Source of the DNA: Hydrurus foetidus
Lineage: Eukaryota
Reading direction: 5' to 3'
DNA length: 64,000 nt
Assembly (NCBI GenBank): GCA_900617105.1
Contig: UYFQ01000006.1
Coordinates: 62,001-126,000 of the forward strand
Position 1 is the first letter of the stretch. Every line of letters begins with the position of its first letter. The notes beneath the pieces are model-generated. The model saw nothing but the letters and a program-made list of their open reading frames with translations. It was not told where the DNA came from and made no database searches. The translations under genes and the position numbers were made by a program. Shown here one piece after another: positions 18,671 through 28,236 of this stretch.

Positions 18671-19084
18671 CTACCCGCCATCCCCCACCCGACCCCGCAG
18701 CTTCTTCACCGCGCCCCGGTTCGTTTTGCTGTCCATGCGTTTGCGTTGTGAGCTGCGGGTGGGCTTGGTGGCTTTGCGGCGTTTTTGCACCACAGATGCC
18801 GCATCCACCAGCTCTTGCAGCCGGGCGATGGCATCCGCTTTGTTTTGAGGCTGGCTGCGGGTGGTTTGGGCTTTGATGACGACCACACCGCCTTCGGTGA
18901 TGCGCTGGTCGCTGGTGGTCAGCAGCCGTTCCTTGATGGCATCGGGCAGGCTGGAGGCTGCGATGTCAAAGCGCAGGTGGACGGCGCTGGAGACTTTGTT
19001 GACATTCTGCCCGCCTGCCCCCTGGGCACGGATGGCGGTGAATTCGATATCGTCTTCGGTAACTTGGGGTGCGGGCAGGCTCAT
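18671..19084 (-). CDS. arfB: Alternative ribosome rescue peptidyl-tRNA hydrolase ArfB
   Basis: GAGGQNVNKVSS; basic C-terminal tail. Confidence 0.95.
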   Translation of the reverse strand: MSLPAPQVTEDDIEFTAIRAQGAGGQNVNKVSSAVHLRFDIAASSLPDAIKERLLTTSDQRITEGGVVVIKAQTTRSQPQNKADAIARLQELVDAASVVQKRRKATKPTRSSQRKRMDSKTNRGAVKKLRGRVGDGG

Positions 19085-22000
19085 GCCGCCATTTTCACCG
19101 CCTGCGGGTTGCCTTGTGGGTTACGGTAAGCCGCCATCGCCGCATCCCAGTTCGCACGGGCTGTCGTCAGATGGCGGGCTTTGACGTGTCCATAACCTTT
19201 GATTTGCTCAGGGATGCGGGCCACGTCGATGGCAGCAGCATGGTTCACCTCACTCAGCGCTTGCAGCACTTCGCGGATGCTCATTTGGTATTCGCCAATC
19301 AGTGCCCGCTCGGTTTGGCGTTCAACGCTTCGGCCAAAGATGTCGAATGCACCGCCGCGCAAGCCTTTGAGTTTGGCCAGCAGCTTGAAGCCGGTCAGCA
19401 TCGCCGGGCCGAACTGTTGCTTTTGCAGCTCGCCTTTGGCATTGGTTTTGGCAAGCAAGGGAGGTGCTAAGTGGTAGTTCAGCTTGTAGTCGCCCTCGAA
19501 CATGCTGGCGATTTTGGCGTGGAAGCTGGCATCGGTGTGCAGGCGAGCGACCTCGTACTCGTCTTTGTAGGCCATGAGTTTGAACAGGCCTTTCGCCACG
19601 GCTTCGGTCAGGCGCAGGGACTTGTTGGCGGCCCCGGCAAGCAAAGCCGTCTCCTTGGCACGCACCGTGTTCACGAACGCGGTGTAGCTGTCGGCATAGG
19701 CTTGGTTTTGGTAGGCCACCAAAAATTCAGCACGGGTGGCGATCACGCCCTCCAAGCCTTCACGCTTGGTGATCTGGATGACTTGCGCGGGGGTGAGCAG
19801 CTTTTCCACCCCAGCCCAGTCGAGCGCAGCGCGGCGGCCCCAGGCGAAGGCGGTTTTGTTTTGCGCCACAGCAACGCCGTTCAGCTCCATCGCCCGCATC
19901 AGCGCTTCCAGGCCCAGCGGCAACCAGCCTTTTTGCCATGCGTAGCCCAGCACGATGGGGTTGACGAAAATCGTGTCGCCCATCAGTTTGGCGGCCACGG
20001 CATCGGCATTGAACTGGCCTATGCCCGCCACACCGACGGTGTCCACAATGGTTTGTGCGCAGGCGGCTGCGGGGTTTTGCCACGCGCCGTCATGCACGAA
20101 CGCAGCGGTGGGCGTGCCGTGCGAATTCAGCGCGACATGGGTGCGGCCCTCAACCATGCGCAGCAGCGTCTCTTTGCCCGCCGCGACGATGGGGTCGCAG
20201 CCGATGATGAGATCAGCGCTGGCCATGGCGACGCGGGTGGTGGCGATGTCGGACTGGTTCGCCGCAATCAGCACATGGCTCCAGGTGGCGCCGCCTTTTT
20301 GGGCGAGGCCAGCAGCGTCTTGCGTGACGATACCTTTGCCCTCAATGTGCGCAGCCATACCCAGCAACTGGCCGATGGTGATGATGCCGGTGCCGCCCAC
20401 ACCTGCCACGATCACACCCCAGGGGCGGGTGAGTGCGGGCAGTACAGGCTCGGGCAAAGCTACCCCATCCAATGGGCTGGGGCGTTTGACAGATGGGCTA
20501 GAGGCGCTGTCTTTTTTGCCATCCTTCTTGAACGTGCCGCCCTCGACGGTCACAAAGCTGGGGCAAAAGCCTTTGACGCAGCTGAAGTCTTTGTTGCAGG
20601 TGCTCTGGTTGATCTGGCGCTTGCGGCCCAGCGGGGTTTCCAGTGGCTCCACCGACAGGCAATTCGACGCTTCCCCGCAATCACCACAACCTTCGCACAC
20701 CAGCTCGTTGATGACGACGCGCTTGGCCGGGTCTACCAGCTTGCCCCGCTTGCGGCGGCGGCGTTTTTCGGTGGCGCAGGTTTGGTCGTAAATGATGACG
20801 CTGGTGCCTTTGATCTCACGGAATTCGCGCTGGATATCGTCCAGCAGGTCACGGTGGTGGACGGTCACGCCCTCGACCAGTGCGACCCCTTCGTACTTCT
20901 CGGGTTCATCGGTAACGACTACGATTTTGATAGCACCCTCCGCACGCATGCTCTGCGCGATCTGCACAACGGTGTGCCCTTCGGCGCGTTCACCCACCTG
21001 TTGACCACCCGTCATCGCTACGGCATCGTTGTACAAAATTTTGTAGGTGATGTTGACACCCGCTGCAATGCTTTGGCGTACCGCCAGCAGGCCGCTGTGA
21101 AAGTAGGTGCCGTCGCCCAAATTGGCGAACATGTGCTGGTCGGTGGTGAAGGGCTGCTGGCCCACCCAAGGCACACCCTCGCCGCCCATTTGCGTGAACC
21201 CCATCGTGCTGCGGTCCATCCACAGCGCCATGTAATGGCAACCGATACCGGCCATCGCCCGCGAACCTTCGGGCACACGGGTGCTGGTGTTGTGCGGGCA
21301 GCCGGAGCAAAACCAAGGGGCGCGGTCAGCTTTGATTTCCGTCACCAGCATGGCACGTTCTTTGGCCTCGATGATGGCGAGGCGGCTGTCGATGCGGGCC
21401 AGGGTGTCGGCGTCCAGCCCCGTCAGTTTGCGCACACGGGCGGCGATGGCTTGGGCAATCAACGCAGGGGACAAATCTGCATTGGCGCGCAGCAAGGTGT
21501 GCGCCGTGGGGTTGGGCACCGACCACTCGCCGCCGGTGTTGTCGCCGGGCAGTTCGTCAAACTTGCCCAAAATGTTGGGCCGCACATCGGCGCGCCAGTT
21601 GTACAGCTCTTCCTTGAGTTGGTATTCGATGACCTGGCGCTTCTCTTCGATCACCAGAATCTCTTGCAGGCCCATCGCGAATTCGCGGGTGAGCTGAGCT
21701 TCCAGCGGCCAGACCACGCCGACTTTGTGGACGCGCAGGCCGATCTGGCGGCAAGTCGCATCGTCCAGCCCCAAATCGAGCAAGGCTTGGCGGGTGTCGT
21801 TGTAGGCTTTGCCGCTGGCGATCAGACCCAGGCGGTCATGCGGGCCTTCAATCACGTTGTGGTTCAGCCGGTTGGCACGGATGTAGGCCAGCGCGGCGTA
21901 CCACTTGTAATCAAACAACCGGGCCTCTTGCTCCAGCGCCGTATCGGGCCAACGGATATGCACGCCGCCGAGGGGCATGGCGAAATCGGTGGGGATGAGG

Positions 22001-22698
22001 GTCTGCACGCGGTCAGGGTCGATCATCGCGGTAGCGCTGGATTCGACGATCTCTTGGATCGTCTTCATGCCCGCCCACACGCCTGAAAACCGGCTCATTG
22101 CAAAAGCGTGGATGCCAAAATCCAAAATCTCTTGCACGTTGGCCGGGAAGAACACCGGCAGACCGCAAGCTTTGAAGATGTGGTCACTCTGGTGTGCGGC
22201 GGTCGAGCTTTTGGCCACATGGTCGTCCCCCGCCACCGCAATCACCCCACCCCACGCTGTGGTGCCGGCCATGTTGGCGTGCTTGAACACGTCGCTGGTG
22301 CGGTCAACGCCGGGGCCTTTGCCGTACCAGATGCCAAACACGCCATCGTATTTGTTGGTGCCAGGGGGGGAAAAACCGAGTTGCTGGCTGCCCCACACGG
22401 CGGTGGCGGCCAGCTCTTCGTTCACACCGGGTTGGAAAACGATGTGGCGCTCTTTGAGGTACTTAGAAGCCCCGACAAGCGCTTGGTCATAACCCCCCAA
22501 CGGTGAACCCCGGTAGCCACTGATGAAGCCAGCGGTGTTTTTGCCGATTTGCTGGTCGCGCATCCGCTGAAGCATCGGCAGCTTGACAAGCGCCTGAACG
22601 CCGGACATGAAGGCCCGGCCATAGTCCAGGCTGTATTTGTCGTCCAGGGTGACGGTTTCCAGGGCTTTGCGGATGTGGTCTGGCAGGGGAGCGTTCAT
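19081..22698 (-). CDS. Fused indolepyruvate ferredoxin oxidoreductase family protein
   Basis: SGYRGSPLGG, FCSGCPHN, GDGTYFHSG, CEGCGDC, MAYKDEYEVARL; start ATG 22698. Confidence 0.95.
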   Translation of the reverse strand: MNAPLPDHIRKALETVTLDDKYSLDYGRAFMSGVQALVKLPMLQRMRDQQIGKNTAGFISGYRGSPLGGYDQALVGASKYLKERHIVFQPGVNEELAATAVWGSQQLGFSPPGTNKYDGVFGIWYGKGPGVDRTSDVFKHANMAGTTAWGGVIAVAGDDHVAKSSTAAHQSDHIFKACGLPVFFPANVQEILDFGIHAFAMSRFSGVWAGMKTIQEIVESSATAMIDPDRVQTLIPTDFAMPLGGVHIRWPDTALEQEARLFDYKWYAALAYIRANRLNHNVIEGPHDRLGLIASGKAYNDTRQALLDLGLDDATCRQIGLRVHKVGVVWPLEAQLTREFAMGLQEILVIEEKRQVIEYQLKEELYNWRADVRPNILGKFDELPGDNTGGEWSVPNPTAHTLLRANADLSPALIAQAIAARVRKLTGLDADTLARIDSRLAIIEAKERAMLVTEIKADRAPWFCSGCPHNTSTRVPEGSRAMAGIGCHYMALWMDRSTMGFTQMGGEGVPWVGQQPFTTDQHMFANLGDGTYFHSGLLAVRQSIAAGVNITYKILYNDAVAMTGGQQVGERAEGHTVVQIAQSMRAEGAIKIVVVTDEPEKYEGVALVEGVTVHHRDLLDDIQREFREIKGTSVIIYDQTCATEKRRRRKRGKLVDPAKRVVINELVCEGCGDCGEASNCLSVEPLETPLGRKRQINQSTCNKDFSCVKGFCPSFVTVEGGTFKKDGKKDSASSPSVKRPSPLDGVALPEPVLPALTRPWGVIVAGVGGTGIITIGQLLGMAAHIEGKGIVTQDAAGLAQKGGATWSHVLIAANQSDIATTRVAMASADLIIGCDPIVAAGKETLLRMVEGRTHVALNSHGTPTAAFVHDGAWQNPAAACAQTIVDTVGVAGIGQFNADAVAAKLMGDTIFVNPIVLGYAWQKGWLPLGLEALMRAMELNGVAVAQNKTAFAWGRRAALDWAGVEKLLTPAQVIQITKREGLEGVIATRAEFLVAYQNQAYADSYTAFVNTVRAKETALLAGAANKSLRLTEAVAKGLFKLMAYKDEYEVARLHTDASFHAKIASMFEGDYKLNYHLAPPLLAKTNAKGELQKQQFGPAMLTGFKLLAKLKGLRGGAFDIFGRSVERQTERALIGEYQMSIREVLQALSEVNHAAAIDVARIPEQIKGYGHVKARHLTTARANWDAAMAAYRNPQGNPQAVKMAA

Positions 22699-22894
22699 GG
22701 TGGTGGCAGTCTCGTGGGTTGATCGTTGTAAGCCTTGTGGGCAATCCATACGAGGCCGCATCCGGGTAGGTTGCAACCTCTAATTTGCTGCAAAGTGTAG
22801 GCCGAATAGCCCGATATGTCTTTGCGTTATTTGTTTGATTTAAGTTATCCTAAGCAAGAATCTTGCTCGAAAATACCATATTTGAATAAACATC

Positions 22895-23368
22895 ATGCTC
22901 TCCTTAGATAAATTCGATATCGCCATCTTGGGGGAGCTGCAAAACGATGCCCGCCTGACCAACACCGAACTGGCCCAGCGCGTGGGCCTCTCCGCCGCCC
23001 CCGTCTGGCGGCGCGTGCGGGCACTGGAAGACGCAGGCTACATCCTGGCCTACCGGGCCGACATTGACCGCCACAAAATCGGTCTGGACGTGCTGGCCTT
23101 TGTGCGTCTGGATGCGGCACAAAACAGCGGGCCCGCATTGCGTGAACTGGAAGAGGCCGTCAAACACATCCCCGAGGTGGTGTCATGCCACTACATCAGC
23201 GGCACTGGCACGTTCGAGTTGCAGGTAGTGTCCCGCGACCTGAACACCTTCAGCCAGTTTGCGCGCGAGGTACTGATTAATTTGCCGAATGTGAAGGACT
23301 TGCACACCAGTTTTTCGCTGGGTGAGGTAAAGACGAACAGTGCGCTGCCACTGGGGCATTTGGGGTAG
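22895..23368 (+). CDS. Lrp/AsnC-family regulator
   Basis: LDKFDIAIL..LQNDARLTNTELAQRVGLS; divergent from ior. Confidence 0.95.
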   Translation: MLSLDKFDIAILGELQNDARLTNTELAQRVGLSAAPVWRRVRALEDAGYILAYRADIDRHKIGLDVLAFVRLDAAQNSGPALRELEEAVKHIPEVVSCHYISGTGTFELQVVSRDLNTFSQFAREVLINLPNVKDLHTSFSLGEVKTNSALPLGHLG

Positions 23369-23416
23369 ATTGAAAACGCTCGCCACCCGAAACGCACATT
23401 GCGCTAAAGTTCAAAG

Positions 23417-23698
23417 ATGACCGCACACAGCTTTCAATCCCCCCAAGCCATGGCCGACTACCAAGCTGAACGCGAAGTCGCCGAGGCGATGGCTGTGCTT
23501 GCTATGCGCCCTGACGAACGGTTTCTGTGGCTAACCAACACCTGGGGCCGCTTACAAACAGAGGCGGCAGCGATGTACTTTGATGGACAACCCGCCATGC
23601 ACACCGCACGCACGTTCGCCACGCACGATGAGAAAAACCGCTTCGACGATGACCGTGAATTGGCGTTTGCGTTGGCACTGAGTCAGAGCCGGAACTGA
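23417..23698 (+). CDS. Hypothetical protein (93 aa), partner of nucleotidyltransferase
   Basis: ORF ends 1 bp before the NTase start. Confidence 0.6.
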   Translation: MTAHSFQSPQAMADYQAEREVAEAMAVLAMRPDERFLWLTNTWGRLQTEAAAMYFDGQPAMHTARTFATHDEKNRFDDDRELAFALALSQSRN

Positions 23699-23699
23699 T

Positions 23700-24212
23700 A
23701 TGCCACCCAAGAGACCCCCCAACCAAAGCGACATCATGGCGCTGGCTCAGGCGCTACAGGTAGCGCAAGTCGAGTACGCCGTCATTGGTGGTGCCGCTAT
23801 GGCCTTGCATGGCTTCCCTCGCATGACCAAAGACATTGACTTGCTGCTGCCCATCAGCGCCAGCAATAACGCGCGTCTTTTGCAAGCATTCTCATCACTG
23901 CCTGCGACAGCCGAGGCAGTCAAAGATTTGCGCCCCGAATGGATGGACAAGGGGTTTTCGACAGCACTGGAATCTGAGATTTTTGTGGATCTGCTGTATG
24001 TAGCGGCCTCGACTTCGTTTGAGGATGTCCGCGCGCACATCCAGATCGTGATGTACCAGGGTGTTCCTGTGGTGACGCTTGACGTGGATGGCATGCTGCT
24101 GACCAAGCGAACCACACGCGAATCGGATGTGCCTGACCGCATCAAACTTGAGCGCTTGCGCAATGCACAAAGAGCCGCTGCCAAGCTAAAACAAAAGCCT
24201 AGCCCTCTTTGA
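23700..24212 (+). CDS. Pol-beta-superfamily nucleotidyltransferase (AbiEii/DUF6036-like)
   Basis: YAVIGGAAMALHGFPRMTKDIDLL, VDLL, K...R..D..D motifs. Confidence 0.75.
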   Translation: MPPKRPPNQSDIMALAQALQVAQVEYAVIGGAAMALHGFPRMTKDIDLLLPISASNNARLLQAFSSLPATAEAVKDLRPEWMDKGFSTALESEIFVDLLYVAASTSFEDVRAHIQIVMYQGVPVVTLDVDGMLLTKRTTRESDVPDRIKLERLRNAQRAAAKLKQKPSPL

Positions 24213-24225
24213 AACACTTCCCCGC

Positions 24226-24867
24226 ATGACAGACCTGCTTGTCCGCTACCCCAGTCTCGCCCACGTCAGCCCGCCGCTAGATACCTTGCCACCTGCCTGT
24301 GGCCCTCACTTGGTGCAGGCAGGCCAACGGCTGTTTGATGCGAACCAGCCTTGCCAAGGTTTTCCGCTGGTGCTGTCGGGAGAGATCAAAGTGGTCAGGC
24401 AATCGCACGATGGCCGCAGTCTGGAGCTGTACCGCGTAACACCAGGGGAGTTGTGTTTGGTGTCGTCAGCCAGCCTGTTCCACCAGCAACCGCTGACGGG
24501 CACAGGCATCACCACCCGCCCGACTCAGCTGCTGGTCGTGCCGGGCGATACGTTTCACCTCTGGCTTGACAACCATGCTTTTCGTGCCCACGTGCTGGGC
24601 TTGTTTGCTGGGCGCATGGCTGAGTTGACGGCGCTGGTGGATGCCGTGGCTTTTCACAAGCTTGACCAGCGCTTGGCCGCTGCGCTCTTGGGGCACGGCC
24701 CCGAGCTGCTCACCACGCACCAAGCGCTAGCCGATCAACTGGGCACAGTGCGCGAGATGGTCAGCCGCCTGCTCAACCGCTTTGAGCAAGATGGCTGGGT
24801 ACAGCTGTCGCGCGAGCACATCCGCATCACCAACCCTGTGGCGCTGCGCAACTTGGCAGGTACGTGA
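24226..24867 (+). CDS. Crp/Fnr-family regulator
   Basis: cNMP-type domain LYRVTPGELC; HTH THQALADQLGTVREMVSRLL. Confidence 0.92.
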   Translation: MTDLLVRYPSLAHVSPPLDTLPPACGPHLVQAGQRLFDANQPCQGFPLVLSGEIKVVRQSHDGRSLELYRVTPGELCLVSSASLFHQQPLTGTGITTRPTQLLVVPGDTFHLWLDNHAFRAHVLGLFAGRMAELTALVDAVAFHKLDQRLAAALLGHGPELLTTHQALADQLGTVREMVSRLLNRFEQDGWVQLSREHIRITNPVALRNLAGT

Positions 24868-24878
24868 CCTGGGTCACA
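24863..24878 (+). promoter_or_regulatory. CRP-type site CGTGA-N6-TCACA upstream of DUF2892 gene
   Basis: cgtga cctggg tcaca overlapping the crp stop codon. Confidence 0.65.
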
Positions 24879-24946
24879 GACAAACCGTTCGCCACTGGAT
24901 CCAATAGCGGCATCTTCAACCGTTAATCACACCCAAAGGAACCGCT

Positions 24947-25135
24947 ATGAAAATCAACGTAGGCAACATCGACCGCATCCTCCGTATCGCCGTGGGCTTG
25001 GTGCTCATGGGCTTGGCCGCAACAGGCACCGTTGGCGTGTGGGGCTGGATTGGCGTTGTGGCCTTGGGCACGGGGCTTATGAGCCGCTGCCCGGCGTATT
25101 CGATCATCGGTGCCAGCACCTGTAGCACGAAGTAA
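24947..25135 (+). CDS. DUF2892 (YgaP-like) small membrane protein
   Basis: NVGNIDRILRIAVG...RCPAYSIIGASTC; RBS-like aagga. Confidence 0.9.
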   Translation: MKINVGNIDRILRIAVGLVLMGLAATGTVGVWGWIGVVALGTGLMSRCPAYSIIGASTCSTK

Positions 25136-25159
25136 TCCCACCGCGTTCAAACGCAACCC

Positions 25160-25196
25160 AACGCCGCCGCTTCGGTTTTCCGACGGCGGCGTTTTG
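25160..25196 (+). terminator. Putative intrinsic terminator
   Basis: aacgccgccg / cggcggcgtt stem followed by short T run. Confidence 0.6.
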
Positions 25197-25219
25197 CATA
25201 GCGATCTCGACCCAAGAGC

Positions 25220-25246
25220 GTCACAAAACCTTCATCAAAACTTAAT
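25220..25246 (+). promoter_or_regulatory. Pho box (three half-sites at 11-bp period)
   Basis: GTCAC 25220, TTCAT 25231, TTAAT 25242 with A-rich spacers, upstream of the alkaline phosphatases. Confidence 0.7.
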
Positions 25247-25307
25247 CACCTTGACATACCACGACGCGAAACTCTCGATTTTCATAACTTGAACATCGAG
25301 GATTTCC

Positions 25308-26747
25308 ATGAAACGACATGTACGTCATGTGATTGCAACGGCTACTGGCCTGGCACTGGCTACCGCTTTGGTAACCGCTTGCGGCGGCAGCAACGACAGC
25401 ACCCCTGTCGCAGCCCCTAAAAACGTGCTCTTTTTCCTCGGTGACGGCATGGGCATGACCACCATGACCGCAGCCCGCATTTACGCGGTAGGCGAAGACG
25501 GTGAATTGACGCTGGACACATTGCCTGAAACGGCGTTCATCAAAACCTTCTCCGCGAACTCGCAAGTCACAGACAGCGCGCCGTCGATGTCGGCTTACAT
25601 GACCGGCGTGAAGATGAACAACGAAGTCATCTCCATGTCCGCTAACACCTCTGCCTACGATACGGCCACCAGCGGCGATTACGTCAGCGGTGCGGACTCC
25701 ACCTGCCCCACCACCGGCAACGGCACCCCTGTCACCACCCTGCTGGAACTGGCCAAAACTGCGGGTTTGGCCACAGGCGTGGTCACGACGACGCGCATCA
25801 CCCATGCCACACCCGCCGCAACCTACGCGCACATTTGCCACCGTGATGGCGAAAACGCCATTGCTGCACAGATGGTGCCCAAGGGCGTAGGCGCCAATGC
25901 CGCTTTGGGCGATGGTGTGGATGTGATTTTGGGTGGCGGCTTGCGCCACTTCCTGCCCAAAGCCACCACCGGCAGCTCACGCACCGACACCCGCGATCTT
26001 GTGGCGGAAATGAAGGCCGCTGGCTACAGCTTTGCTGGCAATAAGACCGATTTCAGCGCCTTGCCGGCAACCGGCAAACTGCTGGGCTTGTTCACCTCCA
26101 GCCACATGGCTTACGACTTAGACCGCGATGCGGCCAAGGAACCCAGCCTGTCCGAGATGACGGCCCGCGCCATTGACCAGTTGAAGACCAACAACAAAGG
26201 CATGTTCCTGATGGTCGAAGGTGGCCGCATCGACCATGCACTGCACGAAACCACCGCCCGCAAAGCGCTGCAAGACACCGCTGCCTTTGATGCGGCTATC
26301 AAAATCGCCATCGACAAGATGCAAGTGATTGACCCCGGCTTGAAGAACACCTTGATCGTCGCCACCGCTGACCATGACCATACGCTGGTTTTGAACGGCT
26401 ACGCCGCACGCACGGGCAAAACCACCGACACCAACCCCGGCGTGCTGGGTTTGCTGCGCAGCTACATCGACGGCGCACTGGGCAAAGACACCAGCGGTAA
26501 CCCGTTCAGCATCATTGGTTTTGGCAATGGCGAAAACCGTCAGGGCACACGCACGGCGCTCACTGATGCGATGGTGTTCGACAAAAACTACCACCAAGAA
26601 GCCACCATCCCGATGGCTGTGGGCAGCGAAACCCACGGGGGTGCCAATGTGTTCCTCGGGGCTATTGGCAAAGGCGCAGACAGCTTCTCTGGCGTGCTGG
26701 ACAACACCGCTGTGTTTGGCCTGATCCGCAAAGCGTCTGGTCTGTAA
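25308..26747 (+). CDS. phoA: Alkaline phosphatase PhoA family, lipoprotein
   Basis: Lipobox VTAC; GDGMG, TDSA (catalytic Ser), THATPA, EGGRIDHALH, DHDH, ETHGG. Confidence 0.92.
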   Translation: MKRHVRHVIATATGLALATALVTACGGSNDSTPVAAPKNVLFFLGDGMGMTTMTAARIYAVGEDGELTLDTLPETAFIKTFSANSQVTDSAPSMSAYMTGVKMNNEVISMSANTSAYDTATSGDYVSGADSTCPTTGNGTPVTTLLELAKTAGLATGVVTTTRITHATPAATYAHICHRDGENAIAAQMVPKGVGANAALGDGVDVILGGGLRHFLPKATTGSSRTDTRDLVAEMKAAGYSFAGNKTDFSALPATGKLLGLFTSSHMAYDLDRDAAKEPSLSEMTARAIDQLKTNNKGMFLMVEGGRIDHALHETTARKALQDTAAFDAAIKIAIDKMQVIDPGLKNTLIVATADHDHTLVLNGYAARTGKTTDTNPGVLGLLRSYIDGALGKDTSGNPFSIIGFGNGENRQGTRTALTDAMVFDKNYHQEATIPMAVGSETHGGANVFLGAIGKGADSFSGVLDNTAVFGLIRKASGL

Positions 26748-26806
26748 ACAGCAGCACTACAGCCCCGCTCCAGCACCTACCCCGTTTTAGCAAGGTTTTA
26801 TTTATC

Positions 26807-28231
26807 ATGAATTTCCCCCGCCAATCTCTCACTCCCTGGCTTGCCGCAGGCGCAGCCTGTTTGGCTGCTACCTTTGCAGCCCCCGTCTTCGCTGCTGGTG
26901 AAGCCAAAAATGTGATCTTCTTCCTGGGCGACGGCATGGGCCCTGTCACCGTGACGGCCAGCCGCATCTACAAGTACGGCGAAGCCGGCCAACTGACGAT
27001 GGAATCGCTGCCCCGTACCGCCCGCGTCAAAACCTATTCACTGGACGGCCAAACCACCGACAGCGCACCGTCAATGGCGGCGTACATGACGGGCGTGAAA
27101 TCGCGCAACGAAACGCTGTCTGTGGACGGCAACACCTTCTCCAAAGAGCCCTCCAGCGACACCAGCGTGACACCGGCGGTCTCCAATGGCATCAACAATT
27201 GCCCTGCAACAGGCAACGGCGCTTCCGTGCCCACGCTGTTGGAGCAAGCCATTGGCAAGGGCAAGGCCACAGGTGTTGTCACCACGGCCCGCTTGACCCA
27301 CGCCACACCAGCAGCCACCTACGCGCACAACTGCAACCGCAACGCCGAATACGCCATTTCGCGCCAGGCCGTGCCCGGTGGTGCGGGCTACAACAGCGCC
27401 TTGGGCGCCGGTGTGGATGTGCTGCTGGGCGGCATCAGCTACTACTGGCGGCCCTTCAACGCCACCACCACGCCCAAAGGTCGCCCTGATGGACGTGACT
27501 TGGTGGCCGAGTTGCAAGCCAAGGGCTACAGCTATGCCAGCGACTTGACCAGCATGAATGCAGCCCCCACAGGCAAACTCATCGGTCTGTTTGACCAAGC
27601 GCTGTCGCAAGGCCACATGTCATATGAACTTGACCGTGATGCCACCAAAGAACCCAGCCTGACGCAGATGACGCTCAAGGCCATCGACACCCTGTCGAAA
27701 AACACCAACGGCTATTTCTTGATGGTGGAAGGTGGCCGCATCGACCACGCGCTGCACGGCGGTAACGCCAAGCGCGCCCTGGCCGACACGATTGCGTTTG
27801 ACGATGCCATCAAGGCCGCGTTGGCCAAGGTCGATTTGAGCAATACCCTGGTCGTCGTCACCGCCGACCATGACCACACGATGGCGTTCAACGGTTACTC
27901 GCACCTGGGCAATGACATTTTGGGCAAATCCACCGATGTCAAAACCAAAGCGCTCGCCAAAGCCGCTGATGGCCTGCCCTACACCACCCTGGTGTTCGGC
28001 AATGGCGGTGGCCCCCGCAAAGCCACCCGTGACGACCTGACCAACGTGGACACCTCGGGCAACAAAGACTACCTGCAAGAAGCCGGTATAGCTTTGGGCA
28101 GCCCCGGCGCTGAAACCCACGGTGGCGGTGACGTGTACCTGTTTGCCACAGGCGCTGGCAGCAACATCTTCAAGGGAACGATAGACAACACCAAGGTTTT
28201 CACTTTGGTAAAAACAGCATCTGGTCTCTGA
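26807..28231 (+). CDS. phoA: Alkaline phosphatase PhoA family, Sec-exported paralogue
   Basis: Signal peptide ending VFA; same catalytic and metal-ligand motifs. Confidence 0.92.
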   Translation: MNFPRQSLTPWLAAGAACLAATFAAPVFAAGEAKNVIFFLGDGMGPVTVTASRIYKYGEAGQLTMESLPRTARVKTYSLDGQTTDSAPSMAAYMTGVKSRNETLSVDGNTFSKEPSSDTSVTPAVSNGINNCPATGNGASVPTLLEQAIGKGKATGVVTTARLTHATPAATYAHNCNRNAEYAISRQAVPGGAGYNSALGAGVDVLLGGISYYWRPFNATTTPKGRPDGRDLVAELQAKGYSYASDLTSMNAAPTGKLIGLFDQALSQGHMSYELDRDATKEPSLTQMTLKAIDTLSKNTNGYFLMVEGGRIDHALHGGNAKRALADTIAFDDAIKAALAKVDLSNTLVVVTADHDHTMAFNGYSHLGNDILGKSTDVKTKALAKAADGLPYTTLVFGNGGGPRKATRDDLTNVDTSGNKDYLQEAGIALGSPGAETHGGGDVYLFATGAGSNIFKGTIDNTKVFTLVKTASGL

Positions 28232-28236
28232 TAAAG

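Noticed and set aside
20459..20511. Possible 55-bp motif copy in the ior linker (gggc-N11-gggc-taga-ggcg)
   Set aside because: Only the right half matches; the TAGC block is absent at the required spacing
19471..22086. 871-aa plus-strand ORF (also 2119-3393, 40551-42242, 50204-51475, 52698-54152, 59836-60924)
   Set aside because: Antisense shadows of well-supported genes, expected in high-GC DNA; no protein motifs
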